From the NCBI GenBank assembly GCA_965225855.1, contig CBDDCK010000005.1, positions 544,001 to 608,000 on the forward strand: a stretch of DNA of 64,000 bases, written 5' to 3'. Source of the DNA: Spirochaetia bacterium (lineage in GTDB: Bacteria > Spirochaetota > Spirochaetia > SP-2023). The notes beneath the pieces are model-generated. The model was not told the origin of the DNA and did no database searches. It saw only the letters and a list, made by a program, of their open reading frames with translations. This document shows, in pieces, positions 30,701 through 40,365 of this stretch (its first letter is position 1; every line of letters begins with the position of its first letter). A program made the translations under genes and the position numbers.

Positions 30701-30801
30701 GTATGGATTCTAATGGTAACAAAGCCGATAAGCTTGGGGTTAGGACTGGTACTTGGGCTGGTTTAGGTACAGCCAAAGTCTTGGTCGTTAGTGGAAACTG
30801 A
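27748..30801 (+). CDS. Large modular surface lipoprotein, paralog 2 (signal, two divergent modules, A, B, B, A, B, A)
   Basis: GGAGG RBS and ATG at 27748; ..GMAFS-C-APPDDDD; A and B modules shared with the other paralogs. Confidence 0.9.
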   Translation: MNKHRLFLWPIVLLLGLGMAFSCAPPDDDDGPSKPSKPTISRVMYDFHTAELTLNGSNLPTTDLQLDKIYVGLKGTEIALKDSSGAKAEQVSITTSKHIYKITDPALDSVFEKDGKLNESGTAYNLKLEANWVMADTGSQQDTIEISVRNVTDEPGLTKVLMEKSGSDYDLTLEGYNLGTEELQLGKISVSVGTDESTLDGKVSKVGSPTSRMHSYRINDPTLKGYFDKDGGMAADNDQYELKLEANWVTTTTGAAIESIQIEVSGFSTKVNEASYNVSTDILTLEGANLASATATQEQIRTIRVDGVALDSYTSDVTASGPNSDSIVAGSYRFKNDGTTLWIKLTSVDATELEDKPGMDSDGTKAGKLGVGAGAWAGLDTAKDLMVTGNSSPSSPTPAITSATYATNTGMLVITGTNLPTAVAGWDFTKLKLTAGVDETALSEHQSSGANIATGTLPSTTSLTITLTGTEKTKADGILDNNGLRAKDGDKYNLKAEAGFIKASTSAADLTGNDINVSGYPPPANPTITSATYNVGTGELVITGTNLPSTVAGWDFTKLKFVKGDGTTESTALSGHQSSSGDTATGSNPSLTGLTITLTGTEKTKADDVLNINGDSDAIGKYNLKAEAGFVRASTSVADLAGNDITVSGNPAKVAQGSYDVSTDILTLEGTNLASATQGQIQTIRVDGIDLTSYTPDDTATGPNSDGIAAGRYRIKTDGTAIWIKLTNGNAGTLEAKGGMDSDGSKADKLDVSTGTWGGLGTAKALVVSGIPTITSATYDVVTGALVIAGTNLPSTVAGWDFTKLKFVKGDGTTDSTALSGHQSSSGDTATGSNPSLTGLTITLTGTEKTKADDVLNINGDSDAIGKYNLKAEAGFVRASTSVADLAGNDITVSGNPAKVTQGSYDVSTDILTVEGTNLASATQGQIQTIRVDGIDLTSYTADDTATGPNGDSIVAGRYRIKTDGTAIWIKLTSANAIDLEDNAGMDSNGNKADKLGVRTGTWAGLGTAKVLVVSGN
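29323..30798 (+). repeat. Intragenic 738-bp tandem duplication (B+A module pair, two copies)
   Basis: cctacaatcaccagtgcaacctac begins at both 29323 and 30061; the B parts are nearly identical in DNA. Confidence 0.92.
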
Positions 30802-30875
30802 GCAGGATTATAATTATTGCTATAATCAATGATTGTCTGGCTTATTTTTAGCTTTTAGAGCATTATGCTTATTCA

Positions 30876-30923
30876 GCAAGCAAGGTTTTGGGTTTAATCC
30901 CAAGGCCTTGCTTGCCTTTTTTT
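30876..30923 (+). terminator. Rho-independent terminator
   Basis: gcaagcaagg...ccttgcttgc stem followed by T7. Confidence 0.8.
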
Positions 30924-31122
30924 GGGTGTAACCTATGGCTAGTAACAACAAACCAAGTTAGTAGTGGGTTGCGACTAGCTTGGTAGTGGAATGATTCGCT
31001 ACCAGAGTCTAGCTTTTAGAATGGACTGCCTTATTTGTGGGGTGCTAGTTAAAACCAAACTCTTGCTTTGTAGGTTATATTGGGGTAAATCGTATTTACA
31101 ATCGTTATAAAGGGCCCATACA

Positions 31123-31704
31123 ATGACTGATCAAGAATTAAAAGACTTAGTAGCAAGCTTAGCCATTGCTCAAGCCAAGACCGATAAGCAAATTCGCACT
31201 TCCCAAGCCAAGACCGATAAGCAATTGGCCAAAACCGACCAGAAAGTCGCTGAAACTACCCAAGGGCTCAATGATTTGAAAAAGCTGTTTGGCAGTGCCC
31301 AGAACAACCAAGGGCAAATCAATGAAGAATTTATATGCAACAGTATAGCAACCAACGGCAAGGTGCTCTGGGGCGTTTGTTACGATTATATAGAGCGCAA
31401 TGTCAAAAGCCGTTTTGGCCAGACCCAAGGCCAGTACGACTGCGTTGCCTACAATAGTAATAGCATTGCGATTGTCGAAGTCAAGAGCAAAGCCCATATC
31501 AACGATATAGCCAAATTCCCCAAGATGATAAGGAAGTTCCGCATTCTGTATCCGATGTACAAAGACTTTAAGATTTACATAGGGATTGCCTCTTTGCATA
31601 TCAATAATGATGTAGTAAAGGAATGCCAAGACAAAGGCTATGGTATCTTGCGGTTGTCGGGCAACACACTGGAAGAACTGGCTAGCAAGCTTATCACTCA
31701 ATAA
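31123..31704 (+). CDS. Coiled-coil plus PD-(D/E)XK-like protein (DUF3782-like), copy 2
   Basis: Near-identical to 26735-27337 but one heptad (7 aa) shorter. Confidence 0.75.
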   Translation: MTDQELKDLVASLAIAQAKTDKQIRTSQAKTDKQLAKTDQKVAETTQGLNDLKKLFGSAQNNQGQINEEFICNSIATNGKVLWGVCYDYIERNVKSRFGQTQGQYDCVAYNSNSIAIVEVKSKAHINDIAKFPKMIRKFRILYPMYKDFKIYIGIASLHINNDVVKECQDKGYGILRLSGNTLEELASKLITQ

Positions 31705-31784
31705 GGCTCTACTAGCTCAAACGGATAAAGTCCAAGCCAAAGTCGAGGCCGCACTACAGTTATAAATGAATGAAACAAGAAAAA

Positions 31785-31857
31785 TCGGGGTGGAGGGACT
31801 CGAACCCCCGATCTTCTGCTCCCAAAGCAGACGCCTTAGCCACTAGGCTACACCCCG
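31785..31857 (-). tRNA. tRNA-Pro(TGG)
   Basis: CGGGGTG acceptor, anticodon loop TTTGGGA, GGGGGTTCGAGTCCCTC T-arm. Confidence 0.96.
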
Positions 31858-31911
31858 TTTAAGTACCCAAAATATAACCAACTCATTGAATTGAGTCAAC
31901 GACAAAATAAA

Positions 31912-34548
31912 TTAATTTGCTACAATGTTTACTAACTTACCTTGCACTACAATTTCTTTGCGAATATTTTTACCAGCAAGTTGTTGTTGCACTTTCCGCT
32001 CATTTTTGGCGGCAGCCAGCATATCTTCTTTACTAATATCGGCTGGCAACAAAGCTTTACCGCGCAATTTGCCGTTGACCTGAAATACAATTTCTTTTTC
32101 GTCCGCTTGGCACAAAGCCTCATTCCAACTAGGCCAACTTTCATAAGCTAGCGACTGCCCCTTACCGACAATACCTTGCCACAATTCTTCAGCCAAATGC
32201 GGGGCATAGGGGCTAAGTAGTAAAACAAAAGGCCGCCACAACTCCAACGGGCAGAAATCGAGAGTGGCCAAACTATTACTGAAAATCATCATCTGGGCAA
32301 TAGCGGTATTAAATTCCAAATTTTGTGTATCTTGGGATACTTTTTTTACCGTTTGGTGCAGCAACCGAAATAGTTCTTTCGCCTGCGCTTCCCCCAATAA
32401 TTCGGGCAAGAGTTCTGTGCGCAAAGGTTTCTGCCCGATATTCCACATGCGGTTCAAAAAACGATGAATACCAGCTAAACCACCGGTAGCCCAAGTCTTC
32501 ACCATCTGCAGTGGGCCCATAAACATTTCGTATAGTCGTAGGGTATCCGCCCCGTATTCGGCAATTACATCATCTGGATTGATGACATTGCCCCGACTCT
32601 TCGACATTTTTTCGGCCTGAACCCGAACTTTAATGGAAGGTTGTTCCTTCAATACAAAGTCATTGCCTTTTTTAGTTACTTGCGATTCACTTAGTTTTAC
32701 AGCTTCTACAAATTCATTCAAATTATTTTCTAAATCTTCACGACTCAACCATTGCCCTGCTTTAGGCCCACTATTAGCTCCATTTAGGTAGCGATACGCT
32801 GTAAACTCCATTTCTCCCAGTATCATGCCTTGGTTGACTAAGCGAGAAAACGGTTCTTTATTGTGCACCAAACCTAAATCATAAAGCACTTTGTGCCAGA
32901 AACGAGCATACAATAAATGCAACACAGCGTGTTCTGCACCACCTACATATAAATCAACCGGCATCCAATATTTTTCCGCTTCTGGACTGACAAAGTTTTG
33001 CTTATCTTTGGGACTAAGATAGCGCAAGTAATACCAGCACGAACCAGCCCATTGTGGCATTGTATTGGTTTCGCGGCGTGCGGGTGCACTACATTTAGGG
33101 CAAATACAAGCTACCCATTCTTCAATGGCTGCCAATGGCGAATCACCGCTAGCAGTAGGTTGGTAACTTTCCACTTGAGGAAGACGCAAGGGCAATTCTT
33201 GTTCTGGTAGCAGAACAATACCGCAAGCAGAACAATGGACTATCGGAATTGGTTCACCCCAATAGCGTTGGCGGCTAAACAGCCAATCACGAAGTTTATA
33301 TTGTACGCTGCGTTCACCTAAACCTTTTTTTTCCAATAACTCAATGGCTTTAGCAATGGCATCTTCTTTGTTTAAACCGTTGAGCAAATCTGAATTAATA
33401 TGCTTGCCATCATTAGTAAAAGCTTCCTTGGCAATATTACCACCTTGCAATACTTCAACGATGGGCAGACGAAATTTTTTAGCAAATTCCCAGTCGCGCT
33501 GGTCATGAGCGGGCACCGCCATTATGGCCCCTGTACCGTAAGAAACTAAAACATAGTCGGCAATCCAAATCGGGATTTCTTTACCCGTCAGCGGGTTAAT
33601 GGCATATGAACCGCTGAAAACTCCTGTTTTGTCTTTGCTTAAATCGGTACGCTCCAAATCCGATTTATGGGCAACGGCTGTAAGATATATTTCTACATTC
33701 AGCTTTTGTTGTTCGCTAGTAAGTTCTTTGATCAGAGGATGTTCTGGAGCTAACACCATATAAGTAGCCCCATAAAGGGTATCCGGACGAGTGGTAAAAA
33801 CACGGATACTTTCTTGCTTTCTGTCTATACCTGCTAGGGGAAATTTAACGGTAGCACCTTCACTGCGGCCTATCCAATTTTCTTGCATAACCTTGACCGA
33901 ATTGGGCCAATCCAGCAACTCTAAATCATCGAGTAATTGCTGAGCATAAGCAGTAATTTTTAAAACCCACTGGCGTAAATTCCGCCGTTCTACTGGGCTA
34001 GCGCAGCGCTCACAGCAACCATTATCGACTTCTTCATTCGCTAGCCCCGTTTTACAGGAGACACACCAATTGATCGGGGCCTGGGTTTCGTAAGCTAAAC
34101 CCTTGTTGAACAACTGGATAAAAATCCACTGCGTCCATTTATAATAATCAGGTTCACTGGTAATTACTTCACGGCTCCAATCATAACTTAACCCCAAAGC
34201 ATAAATTTGTTCGTAAAACCGCTTGATATTTTGCTCTGTCGTAATTTGCGGGTGCGTACCCGTTTGGATTGCATAATTTTCCGCAGGCAGTCCAAAAGAA
34301 TCAAAACCCATAGGGTGCATCACGTTGTAGCCGTTCATGCGCAAATAACGCGAATAAATATCTGTGGCAGTGTAACCTTCCGGATGGCCTACATGTAAAC
34401 CACTACCTGAAGGATAAGGAAACATATCTAGCACATAACAACGTTTTTCGGGGGGATACTGTTGGTCTTCCGTAACTTCAAAAGTTTTATTTTCCTGCCA
34501 ATACTTTTGCCAACGCGGTTCTATTTCATGAAAGGGATAACGAGCCAT
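31912..34548 (-). CDS. leuS: Leucine--tRNA ligase
   Basis: [20 protein letters not shown] and QVNGKLRG motifs. Confidence 0.98.
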   Translation of the reverse strand: MARYPFHEIEPRWQKYWQENKTFEVTEDQQYPPEKRCYVLDMFPYPSGSGLHVGHPEGYTATDIYSRYLRMNGYNVMHPMGFDSFGLPAENYAIQTGTHPQITTEQNIKRFYEQIYALGLSYDWSREVITSEPDYYKWTQWIFIQLFNKGLAYETQAPINWCVSCKTGLANEEVDNGCCERCASPVERRNLRQWVLKITAYAQQLLDDLELLDWPNSVKVMQENWIGRSEGATVKFPLAGIDRKQESIRVFTTRPDTLYGATYMVLAPEHPLIKELTSEQQKLNVEIYLTAVAHKSDLERTDLSKDKTGVFSGSYAINPLTGKEIPIWIADYVLVSYGTGAIMAVPAHDQRDWEFAKKFRLPIVEVLQGGNIAKEAFTNDGKHINSDLLNGLNKEDAIAKAIELLEKKGLGERSVQYKLRDWLFSRQRYWGEPIPIVHCSACGIVLLPEQELPLRLPQVESYQPTASGDSPLAAIEEWVACICPKCSAPARRETNTMPQWAGSCWYYLRYLSPKDKQNFVSPEAEKYWMPVDLYVGGAEHAVLHLLYARFWHKVLYDLGLVHNKEPFSRLVNQGMILGEMEFTAYRYLNGANSGPKAGQWLSREDLENNLNEFVEAVKLSESQVTKKGNDFVLKEQPSIKVRVQAEKMSKSRGNVINPDDVIAEYGADTLRLYEMFMGPLQMVKTWATGGLAGIHRFLNRMWNIGQKPLRTELLPELLGEAQAKELFRLLHQTVKKVSQDTQNLEFNTAIAQMMIFSNSLATLDFCPLELWRPFVLLLSPYAPHLAEELWQGIVGKGQSLAYESWPSWNEALCQADEKEIVFQVNGKLRGKALLPADISKEDMLAAAKNERKVQQQLAGKNIRKEIVVQGKLVNIVAN

Positions 34549-34636
34549 AATTGATTCTTTTGCCTCAAATTATTTTTATGTTTAAGCAGGGTATTATATT
34601 GACTGTTTACCAAAATGCCAACATGTTGAAAATAAT

Positions 34637-35746
34637 TCATGTTTCCAGATGCCCATTTTCAATTGCGCAAACAGTGATTTGGTTATGCCCCATTTGCCAG
34701 CGGCAGCCATGTGCTATCGTTTCTATAGGTTCTATACCAGAAGCTTTGATTGTTTTTTCCCATAGCTTTAGCAATTCCATAGTAAAGCCAAAAGGCAGCC
34801 GCCTGCGCCGTTGCTCACCGTGCCGCAATTGGTCAAACAACAAGAAAATCAATTCAATTTTTACTGGCTTAGGCAAACTGCCAAAATCACCAAGCCATTC
34901 TATTTGTAGTTGGTTTTCGGGATTAGTAGAAATTTCTAATTGAGTTTCTAGTAAATTGCATTGTTCTTGCAACCAATCTTCAAGCAATGCTAGATGCTTT
35001 TGGCTGCGCTGTATGCTCTGCAATAAATTGGGAACTAAACGTTTAAATTGAGGTAAAACTTGCCAACGGTAAAAATTGCGCAACGTTTCTTGTTGAAAAT
35101 TACTAGAGTCTTCCCAATGTGGAATTTGCCGAGCTTCCGCCCAAGATTGCAAATCTTGTCGGCTCCAAGCCAATAACGGCCGCCACAGTAACAAATTTTC
35201 TAGGCTTTGCTGCCACTCGCGCATACCGGCAAGGGCTTTTAAGCCGCTGCCCCGTCCCAGATTCATAAAAAAATTTTCGGTCTGATCGTCTGCATGATGA
35301 GCTAACACTATGGCTGACCATGTTTCATGATATTTTTGGAGTGCAATTCTTTGGCAATGTTGCAAACGGCGGTAGCGTTCTTGCCGAGCTAAATCTTCTA
35401 AACTCAAGCAACGCCGGGTTGCTTCCTGATGCAACCAACCTTTTTGAATATGATATGAATACAATTCTAACCCAAAACTTTGGCAATATTTAGGTAAAGC
35501 AATCGCTTCTGGTTGTTCAAAGCGGATACCGTGCTCTACATAACAAGGTAGCAATGGATTTTTTCGTGGGTCAATAACTTGACATAACAAGTCTAAAAGC
35601 ACACAAGAATCAAGTCCGCCAGAAATCCCGATAACAAGGGGGCCCGGCAGCAGTGAACGAGCTTTATCCTGTAATTGGGCAAACTTTACTTTTCTATTTT
35701 TGTTATCAAAAGAAATATTCTTTCTCATTAAAAGATACTTAGGCAT
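34637..35746 (-). CDS. tilS: tRNA(Ile)-lysidine synthetase
   Basis: SGGLDS PP-loop, AHHADDQTE, RPLL and EDSSN motifs. Confidence 0.93.
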   Translation of the reverse strand: MPKYLLMRKNISFDNKNRKVKFAQLQDKARSLLPGPLVIGISGGLDSCVLLDLLCQVIDPRKNPLLPCYVEHGIRFEQPEAIALPKYCQSFGLELYSYHIQKGWLHQEATRRCLSLEDLARQERYRRLQHCQRIALQKYHETWSAIVLAHHADDQTENFFMNLGRGSGLKALAGMREWQQSLENLLLWRPLLAWSRQDLQSWAEARQIPHWEDSSNFQQETLRNFYRWQVLPQFKRLVPNLLQSIQRSQKHLALLEDWLQEQCNLLETQLEISTNPENQLQIEWLGDFGSLPKPVKIELIFLLFDQLRHGEQRRRRLPFGFTMELLKLWEKTIKASGIEPIETIAHGCRWQMGHNQITVCAIENGHLET

Positions 35747-35751
35747 AACTT

Positions 35752-36393
35752 TTAATCAGGCAAATTCAGTGGCAAGCTAGGCAGTGATTTGCGATTGATT
35801 TCTGCTACCAAATCTTGTGGTTGGACGCCACGCAAAATTTCAGTTAAAGCCCATTTGGCTCGTTCCAAAGATGCTGTATATGGTTTACTATCGGCTTTCC
35901 GCGGTTTGCACAATACATAATGGCTAACTTGTTCAGAGCTGCTCGGGTGTCCTATACCAATAAAAAAACGCCAAAAATTAGCCTGTAGTCCACAATCACA
36001 CAAAGAGCGAAGACCGTTATGGCTGGAAAAGCCCCCACCGAATTTCAAGCGCAACCTACCGGGCGTTAAATCTAAATTATCTAATAAGACAATGCATTGT
36101 TCTGGTTTAAATTGATAACGCTTGCGCAATTTAACTAAGACTTGCCCGCTAAGGTTCATATAAGTTTGCGGTTTTACTAACAAAACATTACACTTCACGC
36201 TTCGAAGTTCGGCAAACAACATTTTATTAGCAGAATGCCACGATTGGCATTGTTCTTTTAACAAAAGGTCTAATACATCAAACCCCGCATTGTGCAGGCT
36301 ACCTTCATATTTTTTGCCCGGATTCCCCAAACCAATAACTAAATTGTCTAATATCATCAAAGGGCTATATAAAGACAAAGCTTTATAATTCAA
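35752..36393 (-). CDS. pth: Peptidyl-tRNA hydrolase
   Basis: GLGNPGKKY, HNAGF, KPQTYMNLSG and HNGLRS motifs. Confidence 0.95.
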   Translation of the reverse strand: MNYKALSLYSPLMILDNLVIGLGNPGKKYEGSLHNAGFDVLDLLLKEQCQSWHSANKMLFAELRSVKCNVLLVKPQTYMNLSGQVLVKLRKRYQFKPEQCIVLLDNLDLTPGRLRLKFGGGFSSHNGLRSLCDCGLQANFWRFFIGIGHPSSSEQVSHYVLCKPRKADSKPYTASLERAKWALTEILRGVQPQDLVAEINRKSLPSLPLNLPD

Positions 36394-36432
36394 AACTAGG
36401 ATTTCAAAGAAAATATGAAACCGATCACTTGC

Positions 36433-37017
36433 CTAGGAATCCAAAGCCTCTACAGCAGCTAATCCACGAGGGATTGAGATATGCGCTACAATCTGTTCCA
36501 TTGAGCTTAAAATACGAATAGCAGGATCATGCTCTAAAGCACTCAATGCCATTGACTCACCCAATTTTAAATGCGCAATATCCATGTGAAATTCACTAGG
36601 CAAATCTTTTGGCAAACACTCCACTTCAATTGTTTCACACTGATGTTCTAGCATTCCGCCTTTCTTAACTCCAATGGGAACCCCATCGAGAATTAATGGA
36701 ACATGTGTCTTTAAGACATGGCCTTCCATAACTTCCAAAAAATCAATGTGAATAATCTGTTCTGTGAGAATATCAGATTGGAAATCTTTTACCAAAACAT
36801 TGATAGCTCTATCACCAACTTGAAGATTGATAATCGAATTTTCTGAAATATGTCCGTGGAATTCATGGTAAAATTGACTAGCATTGACGGCAACATGAAT
36901 GACTTCTCTTCCATAGACAACCGAAGGGATCAAACCTTTTTTACGCATACGATTACTTGCACTAGAACCAAATTCAGTGCGGGGTTGTACTTTTAACTCT
37001 TTCATTTCTGTGCTCAC
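36433..37017 (-). CDS. rplY: 50S ribosomal protein L25 / general stress protein Ctc
   Basis: R..G.IPSVVYG, IIHIDF, GVKKGG and VECLPKDLP motifs. Start is probably GTG 37017 or ATG 37005. Confidence 0.93.
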   Translation of the reverse strand: MSTEMKELKVQPRTEFGSSASNRMRKKGLIPSVVYGREVIHVAVNASQFYHEFHGHISENSIINLQVGDRAINVLVKDFQSDILTEQIIHIDFLEVMEGHVLKTHVPLILDGVPIGVKKGGMLEHQCETIEVECLPKDLPSEFHMDIAHLKLGESMALSALEHDPAIRILSSMEQIVAHISIPRGLAAVEALDS

Positions 37018-37144
37018 AGGCAATTCTCCAACGGGCCCCTTTTGCTTTTTCTCTTGCTCTAAAACGCAAATATGCAAATATTATAAGCCACTGAATTTAT
37101 AAACATACACGCCTTTTAATATAGATATAGCCATGCACTACAAA

Positions 37145-37216
37145 CTTGGACGGCAGGATTCGAACCTGCGATGCTGGGATCAAAACCCAGAGGCTTAACC
37201 ACTTGCCGACGTCCAA
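37145..37216 (-). tRNA. tRNA-Gln(TTG)
   Basis: TTGGACG/CGTCCAA acceptor, CTGGG-TTTTGAT-CCCAG anticodon arm, GCAGGTTCGAATCCTGC T-arm. Confidence 0.94.
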
Positions 37217-37221
37217 ATGTT

Positions 37222-38301
37222 TTAACCATTAGATAGCATAGGATTAGCGATAAACACATCTAAAGGATTAGCAAAATCTGCTAGCCTAGCAAATATCATA
37301 GATGAGCTTTTATCTTGCGGAAACCAAGCAAAGAATGCTGAACCACTGCCTGACAAAGCTACCCAAGAGGCAGAAAGACTATACAGATATTCCGATAAGA
37401 TGGCAAGTACTTTCCATGCTTCTGTTCTCTCTTTTTGAATTTTTTGGGATAAATTCCCTGCTTTGTTATAGTGCTGCCTGATTACAGATTGAAAATCATT
37501 ATAGAAGAGCTTGCTAATTGGGGCTTTATCTACCGAGAGCTTTTGTTCTAATTGCCGGTAATCAAATTCTATAGGCTGATTTGGTCTTGCATCTAGTATT
37601 TGATACATTTGCCGCGTATTACAAGCAATCGCCTGCGGTTTGATCAACCACAATTGGTGTTGGGCTTGGAATTGCTTTAAAGCAGTTATCAACTCCACAG
37701 AAGGTGCTACGATTTTTTCACCACGGCCTAAGCCCCAAGCAATACTGTCTGCAAAATGGCAAAAGTCTTGTAGGAAAAATGGTATATCCGTGCCTAAAGA
37801 TGCGGCTAATGCTTGCATGGCCGTTTGATCTAGGCGTAGATTCTGTTGGCCACAATAGTCTGGTAGGCATTGATTGAGCAATTTTAAGGTAGCAGCAGCA
37901 TTACTAGAACCACCACCAAGCCCAGCTTGTTGCGGTATAACTTTCTGTAGAGTGAAACAAATGGTTTGTGGCCAATCTATAGGGTTACAAACACTAGCTA
38001 TGGATTTTTGGCTAACTATATCAAGGTAGGCTTTTGCCGCCCGATAGACTAAGTTTTGTTGTTGTTTGCAAGGGGCTTGTGGTTGCACTTGCAATTGGAT
38101 TTGGATTGCACTGGCTTTGTCTACCGATTGAGAGCTCAAGTGTATTTGCAAACGATCATTGCTTGCTTGCAAATACACGGCTTGTATTAAGGTGCAAACT
38201 CGGTGAAACGTTTGCTGACCTTGGCTAAAGAGCCTGCCTACTTGCAGGTGTAAATTGATTTTGGCAGGGCAGTATAATTGTGCTTTCCGATAGTTTACCA
38301 C
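37222..38301 (-). CDS. ispE: 4-diphosphocytidyl-2-C-methyl-D-erythritol kinase
   Basis: PAKINLHL, IPQQAGLGGGSSNAA, LGTDIPFF and LSGSGS motifs. Confidence 0.93.
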   Translation of the reverse strand: MVNYRKAQLYCPAKINLHLQVGRLFSQGQQTFHRVCTLIQAVYLQASNDRLQIHLSSQSVDKASAIQIQLQVQPQAPCKQQQNLVYRAAKAYLDIVSQKSIASVCNPIDWPQTICFTLQKVIPQQAGLGGGSSNAAATLKLLNQCLPDYCGQQNLRLDQTAMQALAASLGTDIPFFLQDFCHFADSIAWGLGRGEKIVAPSVELITALKQFQAQHQLWLIKPQAIACNTRQMYQILDARPNQPIEFDYRQLEQKLSVDKAPISKLFYNDFQSVIRQHYNKAGNLSQKIQKERTEAWKVLAILSEYLYSLSASWVALSGSGSAFFAWFPQDKSSSMIFARLADFANPLDVFIANPMLSNG

Positions 38302-38364
38302 CGATAGTTTACCGCAGAGAATCGATTGGCCATAGCCTAGCTATAGCCTAACTAGCTAAAGCTT

Positions 38365-39381
38365 TTAGGGTAGGTTCTTTTGCCTTGCTGCCAATAGCAA
38401 TTGGTACCATTCTGGTTTGGTCAATTCAATATCGCAAGCTTTGCAGTAGTCGGCAAGGCGTTCAGGCTTGGTTGTCCCCAATATGGGTTGGATACCCGCA
38501 GGGTGGTGCAGTAACCATGCAATAGCTATTACGCCTGGGCTACAATCCTTAGCTTGGGAAAATTGTTCTAACACCTCTTGCAAGTGGGTTTTGGCTTTGC
38601 TTGCATGGCTAGAATAAAATATTTTACCGCGTGATACAGGAGCCCAAGCTTGCAAACGAATATTGTTGAGCCGGCAATAGTCTACTGTGTCAAAATACCA
38701 AGCAATAGGATTTTTAGTGTTGAACTCTAGGCCCGCACTTAGCAATTCATGGTGCATTAAACTCATTTCTATCTGGTTGTAGGCAAGCTGAAACGGTAGC
38801 CCACTTTGCAATAAAGCTATTTGCCCGCTACTTTGGTTGCTGACGCCAAAGGCAAGCACTTTGCCTTGCTGCTGCAACTTGGTAAAAGCTTCGGCTATTT
38901 CTATTGGGATAAATAGGGCATCGGGGCGGTGCAATAGCAATACGTCTAAGTAGTCTGTTTGCAAACGGCGCAAACTGCCTTCCACTTGGGAGACAATATG
39001 ATCACCTGAAAAATTATAGTAGGCAGATTCTACTGGGTTGTTGGGCAGGATAATACCGCATTTACTTTGCAGTACATATTGCTCACGAGGGACTTTCATT
39101 TGCTTGATGGCTTGGGCAAATATCTCTTCGCACTTGCCACGGCCGTAAATATCGGCATGGTCAAAGAAAGTAATACCATGTTCTAAGCAGCATTCAATAA
39201 TATTTATCGTTAGCTCTATTCGTTCTTTGGCTTTACTTGGTGCCATTTCGGCAAGGCTGCCTTTATCCCAAGTGCCGGCTAAGTCCATACAGCCGCAAAT
39301 AAGTGCACTGACGCTGCGGCTTTCGCTAAGGTTATAAGACTGTCTATCTAAATATTCGGGGTGTCCAAAGTAATAGTTCAT
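38365..39381 (-). CDS. Aldo/keto reductase (YdhF-like)
   Basis: GITFFDHADIYG, LQSKCGI, LLLHRPD and FGVSN motifs. Confidence 0.92.
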   Translation of the reverse strand: MNYYFGHPEYLDRQSYNLSESRSVSALICGCMDLAGTWDKGSLAEMAPSKAKERIELTINIIECCLEHGITFFDHADIYGRGKCEEIFAQAIKQMKVPREQYVLQSKCGIILPNNPVESAYYNFSGDHIVSQVEGSLRRLQTDYLDVLLLHRPDALFIPIEIAEAFTKLQQQGKVLAFGVSNQSSGQIALLQSGLPFQLAYNQIEMSLMHHELLSAGLEFNTKNPIAWYFDTVDYCRLNNIRLQAWAPVSRGKIFYSSHASKAKTHLQEVLEQFSQAKDCSPGVIAIAWLLHHPAGIQPILGTTKPERLADYCKACDIELTKPEWYQLLLAARQKNLP

Positions 39382-39546
39382 ATTTTATCCTTCCTTTTAT
39401 CAATGATAATGAGAGACCGTAAAGGGCCATCAAGCTATATTATCGGCAGTATAATTGTTTTAATGATATTTAGTCTAGTTCGTCTAGCTGAAATTACAAA
39501 AATATTTGCTGCCAATTTTGGCAATCGTTGCCAAGCCCCCACCCCA

Positions 39547-39955
39547 AACCAACAAACCCGATCGACACTGTATGGCCAAAGTTGTTTGCGCAAAGCGCTT
39601 TCGGTATATACCCAGAAGAGCCCCAGCTAAATACGGGAAGAGCCCCAGTTAAATAAAGAGAAGCCCATATAGCCCAAGCTAAAGTACCCTAACACACAAA
39701 AACTTACAAAAAGTTTATATGGGCCTTGACTCTCCTCCCCCCTAACACAATAGGGCTCTATGCACTAGCCCGTATGGCTTGGCCAATCTTTATCCCTTGT
39801 TGGAGGTATTGCTGTATAAGCTCAAACTACTTTTATTGCCAGTAGCCTGGCTACTGGCCTTTATGGCCTTGGCCTGCACCCCACCCGATGACGATGCGCC
39901 GTCTTCTGGGCCGTATGGTCCGTCTGGTCCGACTATTAATAAGGCCATCTACAAT
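39547..39955 (+). pseudogene. Decapitated lipoprotein paralog: promoter, signal peptide and start of module A; ATG lost
   Basis: ggaggtattgctgtataagctc versus ggaggtattgcttatgtataagctc in paralog 1. Homology stops at aaggccatctacaat; the region duplicates ~40120-40503. Confidence 0.85.
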
Positions 39956-40115
39956 ATATTATAGCAAGTTGGAGCAAGGTATTGATCCAAGGCGGAACGC
40001 TATATTATAGCAAGTTGGAGCAAGGTATTGATCCAAGGCGGAACGCTATATTATAGCAAGTTGGAGCAAGGCATTGATCCAAGGCGGAAAGTTATATTGT
40101 AGCAAGTTGGAGTAA
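39956..40115. repeat. 46-bp tandem repeat, ~3.5 copies
   Basis: atattatagcaagttggagcaaggtattgatccaaggcggaacgct starts at 39956, 40002 and 40048; partial copy at 40094. Confidence 0.93.
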
Positions 40116-40365
40116 AAAGCAACAAACCCGATCAACACTGTATTGTCAAAATTCTTTGCGTGAAGAGCCGCAACTATATAGTGATAAGAGCCCCAGCTAA
40201 ATAAAGAGAAGCCCATATAGCCCAAGCTAAAGTACCCCTAACACAAAAAAAGCTCACAAAAAGCTTGTATAGGCCTTGACGCAACACCCCCCCTAGCAAA
40301 ATAGGGATTTACAGACTAGCCCGTATGGGTTGGCTAATCTTTATCCATTGTTGGAGGTATTGCTT

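Larger units (their letters stand above)
31076..31882 (+). repeat. Direct repeat, copy 2 (~800 bp, includes the intact tRNA-Pro)
   Basis: Partner of 26688-27470. Confidence 0.93.

Noticed and set aside
39956..40115. CRISPR mini-array
   Set aside because: The whole 46 bp repeats, so any would-be spacers are identical.
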